In this document: piece by piece, positions 10,181 through 19,130 of the stretch
Layout of the letters: each line of letters starts with the position of its first letter
Position numbering within the stretch: position 1 is the first letter of the stretch
Origin: an uncultured Candidatus Saccharibacteria bacterium
GTDB lineage: Bacteria > Patescibacteriota > WWE3 > UBA101185 > UBA10185
DNA: 46,264 bases
Assembly: GCA_964605725.1 (NCBI GenBank)
Contig: CAZSDQ010000003.1
Coordinates: forward strand, 1-46,264
Direction: 5' to 3'
Program-made: the position numbers and the translations under genes
Notes under the pieces: model-generated
The model's input: the letters and a program-made list of their open reading frames with translations, nothing else
Told to the model about the DNA's origin: nothing
Database searches by the model: none

Positions 10181-11533
10181 GTGAAAACCTCAAATATTAG
10201 TCAAAAAGTTGAAAGTTTACCCCAAACGCCCGGTTCATATATTTTTAAAGATGCCGGTGGAAAGGTTATCTATGTTGGGAAAGCAAAAAATCTCAAGTCC
10301 CGTGTTAAATCATATTTTTCCGTAAGTATTCCTTCGGATTTTAAAACGGCGGAGTTAGTTAGTAAGATTAACGACCTCGAATTTATAAAAGTAGGTTCTG
10401 AATTTGAAGCCTTAATATTAGAAGCAGAATTGATAAAAAAATACAGGCCTAAGTACAACATTGTTTTAAAAGATGATAAATCAAGAATTTATATAGTTAT
10501 CAGGGATGATATTATTTCAATTTTGGGAAAAAAATATAAATTACCTAAGGTAATTACCGCACGTAAACCTGATTTAAGAGATTCTGACATAGTATTTGGG
10601 CCTTATCCTAACAATGTAGTTGTCAGAAAAATTCTTACAACATCAAGAAAAATATTTCCTTTTAGAGATTGTAACTACACTAAATTTGCCAAATACAGAA
10701 AGATTGGCTCTCCTTGTTTATATGGTCATATGGGAATTTGTCCTTCTCCTTGTTTAGTAAGCGAACCATCGGATTTGTCTAGTTACAAAAAGAACATTTT
10801 CGGTTTGAAAAAAATTTTATCCGGTAACGCGACCGGTCTAATAAAAAATATAAAAAGGAAAATGCAGATATATTCCCAAAATGAAAAATTTGAAGAAGCA
10901 GCAGTTTATAGAGATTTACTGGATAAATTTTATTTTGTACAAAAAACATTTAGAGAAGCGGAAGAGTATATTAACAATCCTTATTTAATTGATGATATAA
11001 ATAAAAAGTCTTTGGAGGAAATTAAAGATTTTTTGCCGTTTTTAAAAAATTTACCTCGAAGAATAGAGTGTTACGATATTTCAAATATATCCGGTAAAGA
11101 GGCCGTTGGTTCTATGGTAGTTTCAATAAACGGAAGTATTGATAAATCAGAGTACAAAAGATTTAAAATAAAATTTAAAAAAACACCCGATGATTTCGGT
11201 ATGATGTACGAGGTTTTATATAGAAGATTAAAAAGAGAGTTGCCGGGAAGTGACGTAAAAAGCTGGGGGCTTCCCGACCTCATTGTTGTAGACGGAGGTA
11301 AACCGCAGGTCTCCTCTGCTTCTGATGTTTTAAGAGATTTAGAGATATTAGTTCCGGTTGTAGGTATTGCAAAAAAATACGAGACTTTAGTTTATAAAGA
11401 AGGTAAGGATTTTATAGAAAAAACATTTCCTAAAGACAGTTTAGGAATGAAATTAATTATAAAATTAAGAGACGAATCCCACAGATTTGCTCAAAGTTAT
11501 CACCACCTACTAAGAAAAAGATCACTACTATAG
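10181..11533 (+). CDS. uvrC: Excinuclease ABC subunit C, short form without C-terminal HhH
   Basis: GIY-YIG domain (GSYIF..IYVGKAKNLKSRVKSYF), Cys cluster, UVR coil, RNase H-like domain (IECYDISN, DLIVVDGG, RDESHRFA). Confidence 0.93.
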   Translation: MKTSNISQKVESLPQTPGSYIFKDAGGKVIYVGKAKNLKSRVKSYFSVSIPSDFKTAELVSKINDLEFIKVGSEFEALILEAELIKKYRPKYNIVLKDDKSRIYIVIRDDIISILGKKYKLPKVITARKPDLRDSDIVFGPYPNNVVVRKILTTSRKIFPFRDCNYTKFAKYRKIGSPCLYGHMGICPSPCLVSEPSDLSSYKKNIFGLKKILSGNATGLIKNIKRKMQIYSQNEKFEEAAVYRDLLDKFYFVQKTFREAEEYINNPYLIDDINKKSLEEIKDFLPFLKNLPRRIECYDISNISGKEAVGSMVVSINGSIDKSEYKRFKIKFKKTPDDFGMMYEVLYRRLKRELPGSDVKSWGLPDLIVVDGGKPQVSSASDVLRDLEILVPVVGIAKKYETLVYKEGKDFIEKTFPKDSLGMKLIIKLRDESHRFAQSYHHLLRKRSLL

Positions 11534-11548
11534 TGATTTTTTTCTTTT
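11521..11548 (+). terminator. Possible intrinsic terminator at the uvrC stop
   Basis: ATCACTA-CTA-TAGTGAT hairpin followed by a T-rich tract; the stem is AT-rich and weak. Confidence 0.4.
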
Positions 11549-11585
11549 GCTTTTGTACTCTCAATAGATTTATAATCTAATCAAT

Positions 11586-11990
11586 ATGAGAAGTATTTTA
11601 AGAGCGTTAGTTTATACATTTATTTCTTTATATTTCACAAATTTGACCGTGGGATCGTTTTCTTATACTAACGGTAAGACCGCGTATTTAGTTGTTTTTG
11701 CAATCTCTCTTTTATACTTACTGTTAAGACCAGTTTTGTCAGTTGTTTCCTTACCGACTAAGGGAAGTGTTTTTTTATTAATTACAGTCATAACAACTTC
11801 TATTATTTTTTATGCTTTGCAAAGTGTGCTTCCGGATTTTTCATTTGTACCCGTTACACTGCGTAGTTTGAATATTTTTGGGCGTGTGCTACCATCTAAA
11901 GGCTTGGATAGCCTTTGGGCTATGATATTTTCTGCCCTTATGACAAGTACGATTTATTTATTTTTAGAAAGTCTTTGTAAAAGAAGGTAA
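11586..11990 (+). CDS. 4-TM membrane protein of the YvlD / superfamily IV holin-like family
   Basis: 134 aa, four hydrophobic segments, LLRPVLSVVSLP motif; housekeeping context rather than prophage. Confidence 0.65.
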   Translation: MRSILRALVYTFISLYFTNLTVGSFSYTNGKTAYLVVFAISLLYLLLRPVLSVVSLPTKGSVFLLITVITTSIIFYALQSVLPDFSFVPVTLRSLNIFGRVLPSKGLDSLWAMIFSALMTSTIYLFLESLCKRR

Positions 11991-11992
11991 TT

Positions 11993-12211
11993 ATGCTTGC
12001 ATTCACAAAAACATTACAATTAATAATTTCCGGCCTTTTAATAGTTCTGGTTTTGATACAGTCGAAATCTTCAGGTTTGTCATCTACATTGAAAAGTTCC
12101 TTTAACATGTATAGATCACTAAGAGGTTTTGAAAAGATAATTTTTGTCCTTACGGTTATATTAGGAGTTTTACTAGTAGTAAATTCTTTGGCTATTGTTT
12201 TGTTAAGCTAA
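11993..12211 (+). CDS. secG: Preprotein translocase subunit SecG
   Basis: 72 aa, two TM helices, LVLIQSKSSGLS and RGFEK motifs. Confidence 0.85.
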   Translation: MLAFTKTLQLIISGLLIVLVLIQSKSSGLSSTLKSSFNMYRSLRGFEKIIFVLTVILGVLLVVNSLAIVLLS

Positions 12212-12212
12212 T

Positions 12213-13547
12213 ATGCCGGGAATTTTTATTGAGGGTGGTACCCCTTTAATGGGTACCGTTTCAGTTTCAGGGGCTAAAAACTCAGCTTCTAAGCTTATTT
12301 ACGCCTCCATGTTTTCGAACGAGGAGGTAATTTTAAATAATGTTCCAAAAATAAAAACAATAATGGATGATATCGAAGTTATTCAAAGTGTTGGGGGAAG
12401 GGCGGAATGGGTTGGTACAAATTCGCTGTCTCTTAATGGGTCTCAAATAAATACTTATGAGATACCTGTTGAAGTTGGCTCAAAATTCCGAACTTCCACT
12501 TTATTAGCTGGGCCTCTTTTATATAGGTTCGGGAAGGCTTTTATTCCAAAATATAAATCACCCGACGAGAGTATTAGGCCGATTAACAGATTTATAGATA
12601 CTTGGAATTCTTTGGGTTTTCAAGTTCAGGATGATGAGGAATTCATAAAAATATTTAATGATGGTTCTGCAAAAGGATGTAGTATAAATTTTAAGGTTAC
12701 CAGCCACACTGCGACTGACAACGCTATCATCTCTTCGGTATTTGTTCCGGGGGAGACCGTTATATCCAGAGCATCTGATGAACCTGAAGTAGAGGATTTG
12801 ATTAATTTTTTAAATGGGATAGGAGGCTCTGTAGAGAAGCTTGAATCTGGGAAAATAAAAATTACCGGTAATTGTATTTTTAAAGAGACCTCCTTTGATG
12901 TTTGTTCAGATAAATCTGAAATAGCCACATTTGCCGCATTGGCAGTTTTAACTAAAGGTAATATCTCAATTAAAAACGTTAAGCGAGATTTAATATTGCA
13001 GTTTATTAACTTTTTAAATAAGATAGGGGCGAGATTTGAGTTTTCAGATGACGAGCTAAGAGTTTGGAGACACAGTGAGGAATTAAGTCCGCAAAATTTA
13101 GAAATATCTCCGACACCTGGTTTTTTACCGGAGTGGCAATCACTTGCAGTTTTGTTGTTAACACAAGCTGTGGGGGAAAGTATTATTCATGATACCGTGT
13201 ATGTTGATAGGTATGGGTATTGTGTTGACTTGAATAGAATGGGTGCAAAAATCGACATAGTTACTCCTTCGGAGGTTGGTTTGGCCACTGTGGTTAGTGA
13301 TGACTCCTACGACATTGAAAAAGAAGGAGAGCCTAAAACAGTAGCAAAGGTATCAGGGCCAACAAAATTAAAGGGAGAGAGGCTAACCTTGGAAAATTTT
13401 AAATACGGTGCTGTTTTAATTTTAGCAGCACTTTGCGCTGAAGGTAAAAGTGAGATAATTGGATTGGATATAGTTGATTGTTTTTTTGAGGGATTTGTTG
13501 ATAAACTTATTTCATTAGGAGCAAAAATATGGGAACAGTCGGATTAA
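12213..13547 (+). CDS. murA: MurA-family enolpyruvyl transferase with a degenerate active site
   Basis: GAKNS, RTS..GPL, RP and EPEV motifs and dcw context; the PGGC loop, PTD, DLR and DRGYE motifs are altered. Confidence 0.85.
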   Translation: MPGIFIEGGTPLMGTVSVSGAKNSASKLIYASMFSNEEVILNNVPKIKTIMDDIEVIQSVGGRAEWVGTNSLSLNGSQINTYEIPVEVGSKFRTSTLLAGPLLYRFGKAFIPKYKSPDESIRPINRFIDTWNSLGFQVQDDEEFIKIFNDGSAKGCSINFKVTSHTATDNAIISSVFVPGETVISRASDEPEVEDLINFLNGIGGSVEKLESGKIKITGNCIFKETSFDVCSDKSEIATFAALAVLTKGNISIKNVKRDLILQFINFLNKIGARFEFSDDELRVWRHSEELSPQNLEISPTPGFLPEWQSLAVLLLTQAVGESIIHDTVYVDRYGYCVDLNRMGAKIDIVTPSEVGLATVVSDDSYDIEKEGEPKTVAKVSGPTKLKGERLTLENFKYGAVLILAALCAEGKSEIIGLDIVDCFFEGFVDKLISLGAKIWEQSD

Positions 13548-14629
13548 TGCTTGATTTATTGTTATTGTTTTTGGCTTGTTTAATTGCTATTGTCTTGTAC
13601 CCGCTTTGGATAGATTTTGTATATAAGTTCCAGATGGGTGAAAGTATCAGGGGTGACGGTCCGGAAAGTCACAAAAGAAAAGAAGGCACCCCGACGATGG
13701 GTGGTATGGTTTTTGTTTTTACCGTAGCCGTAGTTAGTTTAGTCTTCAATCGATCCAGAACACAGACTCTCTTCCCTCTTTTTATTGCTACATTGGCTGG
13801 TTTGTTGGGTATGTTGGAAGATTTTACTAAAGTATATAAAAAGTCCGGTCTACCTGGTTTTTTTCATTATCACTTAGGCAGGTTTTTTAGAAAAAGATCT
13901 GAAGGTTTTTTAAAATTTAGTATTTTTGGAAAAATTTGGTCAATATTTAAAGAGGCTTCGAGATTGGTAGGAAGTTCGGATGACAGTGGAATACAAACCT
14001 ATAAGAAATTTATTATTCAGGGTTTAATAGCAGGATTTATTTCTTATTGGACGTATTTTAAATTAGGATGGGATTATATTTGGTTTCCACTTTTGGGTAA
14101 TGTTCATATAGGATTTGGTTATCCAGTAGTAATATTTTTCTTATTCATAGGGATTTTAAACGCAGTTGCTTTTACAGATGGACTTGATGGTTTAGCCGGA
14201 AGCCTTGCTTTAATTTCGTTCATTTCATTTTGGATATTATCTAAAATTCTTGGATATAATTCTTTAGCTGGTTTTTGTGCAACATTTGTAGGGGCTATGA
14301 TTCCTTTCTTATATTTTAATATCTTTCCCGCAAGGATATTTATGGGTAACGTGGGTTCATATGTTCTGGGAGCTGTTATGGCTATGCTTGCCGTTGTCAT
14401 GCATAGAGAAGTAGCATTTATATTCATAGGTATGATGTTTTTTATCGACGGAATATCCAGCCCTCTCCAGCAAATTGTATATAAAATTACACATAAGAGA
14501 TTATTTAGAATGGCTCCTATACACCATCATTTTGAAGTTTTGGGCTGGCCTGAGACAAAGATTACCTTAAGATTTGTTCTTTTTGGTGTGTTTTTTGCAT
14601 TTGTTGGGATATTCGTGGCAATTCTATAA
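13547..14629 (+). CDS. mraY: Phospho-MurNAc-pentapeptide translocase MraY with variant catalytic residues
   Basis: KEGTPTMGG, TDGLDGLA, FMGNVGS, MAPIHHHFE; ATG overlaps the murA stop (TAATG). Confidence 0.9.
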   Translation: MLDLLLLFLACLIAIVLYPLWIDFVYKFQMGESIRGDGPESHKRKEGTPTMGGMVFVFTVAVVSLVFNRSRTQTLFPLFIATLAGLLGMLEDFTKVYKKSGLPGFFHYHLGRFFRKRSEGFLKFSIFGKIWSIFKEASRLVGSSDDSGIQTYKKFIIQGLIAGFISYWTYFKLGWDYIWFPLLGNVHIGFGYPVVIFFLFIGILNAVAFTDGLDGLAGSLALISFISFWILSKILGYNSLAGFCATFVGAMIPFLYFNIFPARIFMGNVGSYVLGAVMAMLAVVMHREVAFIFIGMMFFIDGISSPLQQIVYKITHKRLFRMAPIHHHFEVLGWPETKITLRFVLFGVFFAFVGIFVAIL

Positions 14630-14644
14630 AATATCGCGCATTAA

Positions 14645-15823
14645 ATGAAAAAAAGAAATTCAAGAAAAACAGATATTTCCGGAAGAAAATTTTTTATTGC
14701 TGTTACATCCTTTTTATTATTTGGTTTGTTGATGATTGCCGATTCTACTTCTGTTTCATCCAAAAATCTTTATGGCGATCCTTATAGATTTGTTATTTTA
14801 CAAGCTACTTGGGCCGTAGCCGGGTTGATAGCTTTTTACTTTTTCTATCGAATCGATTATAGAAGTTTGGTTAAGATATCTAGATCATTATTTTTATTTA
14901 ATTTACTTGCTCTTATAGTTCTAGCTATAGTTGGGTTAATGCCGTGTTCCACGTCTATACCTTTTTCTCCCTGCGTTAATGGTGCAAACAGATGGTTATA
15001 TTTAAATCCCGCTCCTCTTCCGGCTATTCCTTTCCTGGGAGTATTGGGATTTCAACCCGGTGAGTTGGCAAAATTATCAGTGATAGTTTATTTAGCTTCT
15101 CAATTAAGTTTGATATCTCAAAAAGACAAATCTGCAAAAAATAAAAAACCATTCGAAGTGTACTTAAAAATCACTGTGTTAATGGCAGGATTAATAATAC
15201 TTCAACCAAATATGTCTACAGCCGCGATGGTTTTTATCTTAGGAACGATAATTTATTTTGTTTCAGGAGCTCCTTTAAAACCAATTTTTATCACTATTCC
15301 TATTTTTTTACTTTTAGCAATTTTGGTTATATTGTCGTCACCTTACAGGATGGCCAGACTAAAGGCTATGATATCGGGAGAAGACAGCAGTGAGTCTAGT
15401 TATCATGTTAAACAAGCTTTAGTAGCTTTAGGTTCCGGAGGCTTTTCTGGTGTTGGTTTTGGACAATCCAAACAAAAGTATCAATATCTTCCTGAAGTGG
15501 CTTCCGATTCTATTTTTGCAATCATCGGAGAAGAATTTGGTTTTATCGGAACGGTGGTTGTAGTTTTAGCCTATGGTCTTTTTATTTTTAAAGGTTTTAG
15601 AATTGCTAAAAAGTCTCAAGATATGTTTGGAAAATTAGTTTCCATCGGGATTAGTTCTTGGCTGGGAATTCAATTTTTTATTAATGTCGCTTCAATGACA
15701 AAGTTAATACCTATGACCGGTGTGCCGATTCCACTCATATCCTACGGTGGGTCCTCATTGGTTTTTTCGTTAATAGGCTTAGGTATTTTAGCCAATGTTC
15801 AAAAGAACTCATCGTTGGATTAA
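14645..15823 (+). CDS. ftsW: SEDS peptidoglycan polymerase FtsW
   Basis: NGANRW, FQPGELAK, LPEVASDSIFAIIGEEFG, GVPIPLISYGGSS; directly upstream of murG. Confidence 0.92.
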   Translation: MKKRNSRKTDISGRKFFIAVTSFLLFGLLMIADSTSVSSKNLYGDPYRFVILQATWAVAGLIAFYFFYRIDYRSLVKISRSLFLFNLLALIVLAIVGLMPCSTSIPFSPCVNGANRWLYLNPAPLPAIPFLGVLGFQPGELAKLSVIVYLASQLSLISQKDKSAKNKKPFEVYLKITVLMAGLIILQPNMSTAAMVFILGTIIYFVSGAPLKPIFITIPIFLLLAILVILSSPYRMARLKAMISGEDSSESSYHVKQALVALGSGGFSGVGFGQSKQKYQYLPEVASDSIFAIIGEEFGFIGTVVVVLAYGLFIFKGFRIAKKSQDMFGKLVSIGISSWLGIQFFINVASMTKLIPMTGVPIPLISYGGSSLVFSLIGLGILANVQKNSSLD

Positions 15824-15850
15824 ATTTCTTATTTAGAATAGAATAATCAT

Positions 15851-16960
15851 ATGAAAATTGTAATGACTGGCGGACACCACAGCTCCGCATTACCGGTAAT
15901 CAAAAAACTTAAAGAAAAAATTCCCGGCGTCGAAGTATTATGGATGGGTCATAAACATTCAATGCAGAGAGATAAGAACCCAACTCTGGAATACATTGAA
16001 ATTACTTCCTTAGGTATCCCTTTTTATGATTTGAAAGCAGGAAAAGTATATAAAACTTATAATATTGGTAGGTTGCTTAAGGTTCCTCTGGGATTTTTTC
16101 AAGCTTTTTGGTTTTTATTAAAAAACAGACCTGATGCGATAATGTCTTTTGGAGGATATTTAGCCGTTCCGGTGGTAATTGCAGGTTATATACTTGGTAT
16201 ACCCTCTCTTACCCATGAGCAGACTGTGGTCACAGGATATTCTAATAAACTTATTTCCAGATTTACTAAAAAAGTATTAGTATCATGGAAAGAAAGTGAA
16301 AAATATTTCCCTAAAGACAAGGTTTTATATGTAGGAATTCCTCTAAGGAAGGAAATATTCCATATCTCATCAGATTCTTTTAATTTTGATAACGATTTAC
16401 TTACAATCTACATATCTGCAGGAAAAACCGGCTCTCATATAATTAATCAAAATGTTTGCTATTCTCTAGAAAAGCTACTTACGTTTTGTAATATCATTCA
16501 TCAGTCGGGAGACCACTCTTTGTACAAGGATTTTGAAAAATTAGAGAGTAAGTACACGGAGATTAGAAATACAGTTAGAGGAAAGTACTATTTAAGGAAA
16601 TTTGTTTTGGAGGATGAGATAGGGGAAGCTTACATGAAAGCGGATTTAGTAGTTTCAAGATCGGGTGCACACACTATGTCGGAGATTATAGCATTACAAA
16701 AACCTTCCTTGTTAATACCTATTCCTTGGGTATCTCACAACGAGCAATATGAAAATGCGAAAATGGTAAAGGATTTAGGTTTAGCTTGTATATTAAATGA
16801 AAAAGATCTTAATCCTGAAAGTCTTATTGAGAATATAAAGTTTTGTTTATCCGATATTAATTCGATGAAAGTCAAGGATGAGTCAGCGTTGGATTTCTTA
16901 AAAAACGACCCTACGGAATTAATAACTAATGAAATTATTCAAATCTCAAAAAAAATCTAA
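15851..16960 (+). CDS. murG: Lipid II GlcNAc transferase MurG (GT28)
   Basis: TGGH, FGGY..VP, HEQ, SRSGAHTMSE, EQYENA motifs. Confidence 0.9.
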   Translation: MKIVMTGGHHSSALPVIKKLKEKIPGVEVLWMGHKHSMQRDKNPTLEYIEITSLGIPFYDLKAGKVYKTYNIGRLLKVPLGFFQAFWFLLKNRPDAIMSFGGYLAVPVVIAGYILGIPSLTHEQTVVTGYSNKLISRFTKKVLVSWKESEKYFPKDKVLYVGIPLRKEIFHISSDSFNFDNDLLTIYISAGKTGSHIINQNVCYSLEKLLTFCNIIHQSGDHSLYKDFEKLESKYTEIRNTVRGKYYLRKFVLEDEIGEAYMKADLVVSRSGAHTMSEIIALQKPSLLIPIPWVSHNEQYENAKMVKDLGLACILNEKDLNPESLIENIKFCLSDINSMKVKDESALDFLKNDPTELITNEIIQISKKI

Positions 16961-17822
16961 GAATATAATTCCTATAGTTAACAAAACTAGTTTGAGAAAT
17001 TCTTCTCAAACTCGTTCCTACTCAAATCATTCCAGAGAGAGTCAGATATTGCTTAATAATATTAATGATCGAAAAAGAAAAGTGATAAACTCCAGAGTAG
17101 TTTTGAGAAAAAAACATGGTATTTTTCTAAAGATTTTATTTTTACTTATAGTAGTTGGAGTAGTTATTTATTTATTTTTTAAATTTGATGTACCCGGTTA
17201 TTTTAAGATTTCAAAAGTTGCAATAACCGGTACAGAGAGATTTGTAAGCACGGAAGATGTCCGAAATATCGCTGAAAGAAATGCTTTTGGTAAATATATA
17301 TTTTCAATCGAAGAAGATAGTTTGTCCAAAATAATATCTAAAAGTTTTTTAGGTGCAAAAAATGTTTTTGTTAAAAAAGATTACCCAAATTCTTTAAATA
17401 TTTATATAGAAGAACGTGTCCCCGTGGCTTTTGTATTTAATAGTGAAGGGGAGTTCTATCTTATTGATTCTGAAGGTTTCGTATTAGGAATGGTTACCGA
17501 GAGTCTTCAGGACTTACCAAGAATAAATTACGAAGGATCGGTGGTGGTAGGGACATTTTTAGATAAAGATATCATTCCTATAAGTATTGAGATATTAAAA
17601 TTTGCAGATAGGGAAGATCTAAGCATCAGTAGTATGAGTTTTACTTCAAACTATGCTAAATTATATCTTAATATCGGACCGGAAATTTTTATGGGTTACA
17701 GTAAAGATATTGAAAAATCATTGAGAACAATTAAAGCTTTGTTGAGCAATCAAAATAATAATGAAGAGGTTATAAAAAAAATTGATTTACGGTATGATAA
17801 AGTAATAGTATTATATGATTAA
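16929..17822 (+). CDS. ftsQ: Cell division protein FtsQ/DivIB
   Basis: Basic N-terminus, single TM, POTRA-like segment (FKISKVAITG), C-terminal IDLRY; position between murG and ftsA. Confidence 0.8.
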   Translation: MKLFKSQKKSKNIIPIVNKTSLRNSSQTRSYSNHSRESQILLNNINDRKRKVINSRVVLRKKHGIFLKILFLLIVVGVVIYLFFKFDVPGYFKISKVAITGTERFVSTEDVRNIAERNAFGKYIFSIEEDSLSKIISKSFLGAKNVFVKKDYPNSLNIYIEERVPVAFVFNSEGEFYLIDSEGFVLGMVTESLQDLPRINYEGSVVVGTFLDKDIIPISIEILKFADREDLSISSMSFTSNYAKLYLNIGPEIFMGYSKDIEKSLRTIKALLSNQNNNEEVIKKIDLRYDKVIVLYD

Positions 17823-17833
17823 ATTAAAACTCT

Positions 17834-19087
17834 ATGTCTAGGGAGAAAATAATTACAGGAATTGATATTGGATCTACCAAAATTACAACTGTTGTTGCAT
17901 CTGTGTCAGATAACAAGGTTTCAGTAATAGGTGTTTCCGGGAACATACCGTCAAAAGGTATAAACAAAGGTAATGTTGTTGACATCGACAGCTCGGTTGA
18001 GGCCATATCACAAAGCATAGAAAAAGCTGAAAGAATGGCGGGGGTATCGATTTCAAATGCTTTTGTAACTTTGAATGGAAGTCACATTGAAAATCTAAAT
18101 TCACACGGTGTTGTTGCAGTTTCCCCAAATGAAACTTCAGAAATAACTAAAGAAGATGTTTCTAGAGTAATTGAAGCTGCCCAGGCAGTATCTTTGCCAT
18201 CCACAAGAGAAATAGTTCATGTTATCCCAAGAGATTTCGTAGTTAACTCACAGGAAGGTATAAAGGATCCTGTCGGAATGTCAGGCGTTAGGCTCGAGGT
18301 TGAGACAAATGTAATACACGGTTCTGCAACTGCAATGAAAAATATTGCTAAGTGTGTAAATAAGGTTGCGATTGATGTTGACGAACTTGTCTATACTGGT
18401 TTAGCATCCGCAGAAGCCGTATTAACAGATACTGAAAAAGAGTTAGGTACTTTATTAGTGGACATTGGTGGTGGTACAACGTCGGTGGTCGCATTTTTGG
18501 ACGGAAGTCCCATTCATTCGGCGGTTCTGCCGATAGGTGGGAAATTAATCACTAGTGATTTGGCAATAGGTTTGAGGTCAAGACTTGAAGACGCTGAAAA
18601 AATAAAAATAAGACTTAGCAACGAGGCTTTAATTTCCAAAACAGATATTCATGATGATGGCGAGGATTTTGACGTGTCAGAATTTGATTTAGAGGTCGAA
18701 AGAATTCCAAGAATAATGCTTTATAAGATTGTAAACGCGAGATTAGAAGAAATATTCAGACTCATTGCTTTAGAAGTAACAAGATCGGGGTTAAGCGGTA
18801 AACTCCCAGCGGGAGTGGTGATAACCGGCGGAGCCGCTATGACCGCAGGTACAGAAAAGAGTGCAAAAGTAAATTTAAAAATGCCTGTTAGAATAGGTGT
18901 TCCTAAGGGAGTAACCGGTTTAATAGATGAGATAAAAGGACCCGATTCTTCTGCCGCTGTCGGAGCTGTGTTGTACGGTGCTAAACTCTTTAGAGGCAGT
19001 AATCTATTGTCATTTGATAATAAAAACGGTAGTATAAGGAAAGGCGCTTCTAAGATACTATCAAAACTTAAATCGCTTCTGCCCTAG
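17834..19087 (+). CDS. ftsA: Cell division protein FtsA
   Basis: GIDIGSTK, VDIGGGTT, VVITGG actin-fold motifs. Confidence 0.96.
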   Translation: MSREKIITGIDIGSTKITTVVASVSDNKVSVIGVSGNIPSKGINKGNVVDIDSSVEAISQSIEKAERMAGVSISNAFVTLNGSHIENLNSHGVVAVSPNETSEITKEDVSRVIEAAQAVSLPSTREIVHVIPRDFVVNSQEGIKDPVGMSGVRLEVETNVIHGSATAMKNIAKCVNKVAIDVDELVYTGLASAEAVLTDTEKELGTLLVDIGGGTTSVVAFLDGSPIHSAVLPIGGKLITSDLAIGLRSRLEDAEKIKIRLSNEALISKTDIHDDGEDFDVSEFDLEVERIPRIMLYKIVNARLEEIFRLIALEVTRSGLSGKLPAGVVITGGAAMTAGTEKSAKVNLKMPVRIGVPKGVTGLIDEIKGPDSSAAVGAVLYGAKLFRGSNLLSFDNKNGSIRKGASKILSKLKSLLP

Positions 19088-19130
19088 AAGTATTTTTTTA
19101 AAATTAATTAATCTGCCCAAAAAATAAATA

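Noticed and set aside
11586-11990. Prophage lysis gene
   Set aside because: This holin-like family is a common chromosomal membrane protein; it leads the secG-dcw operon and no phage genes are nearby.
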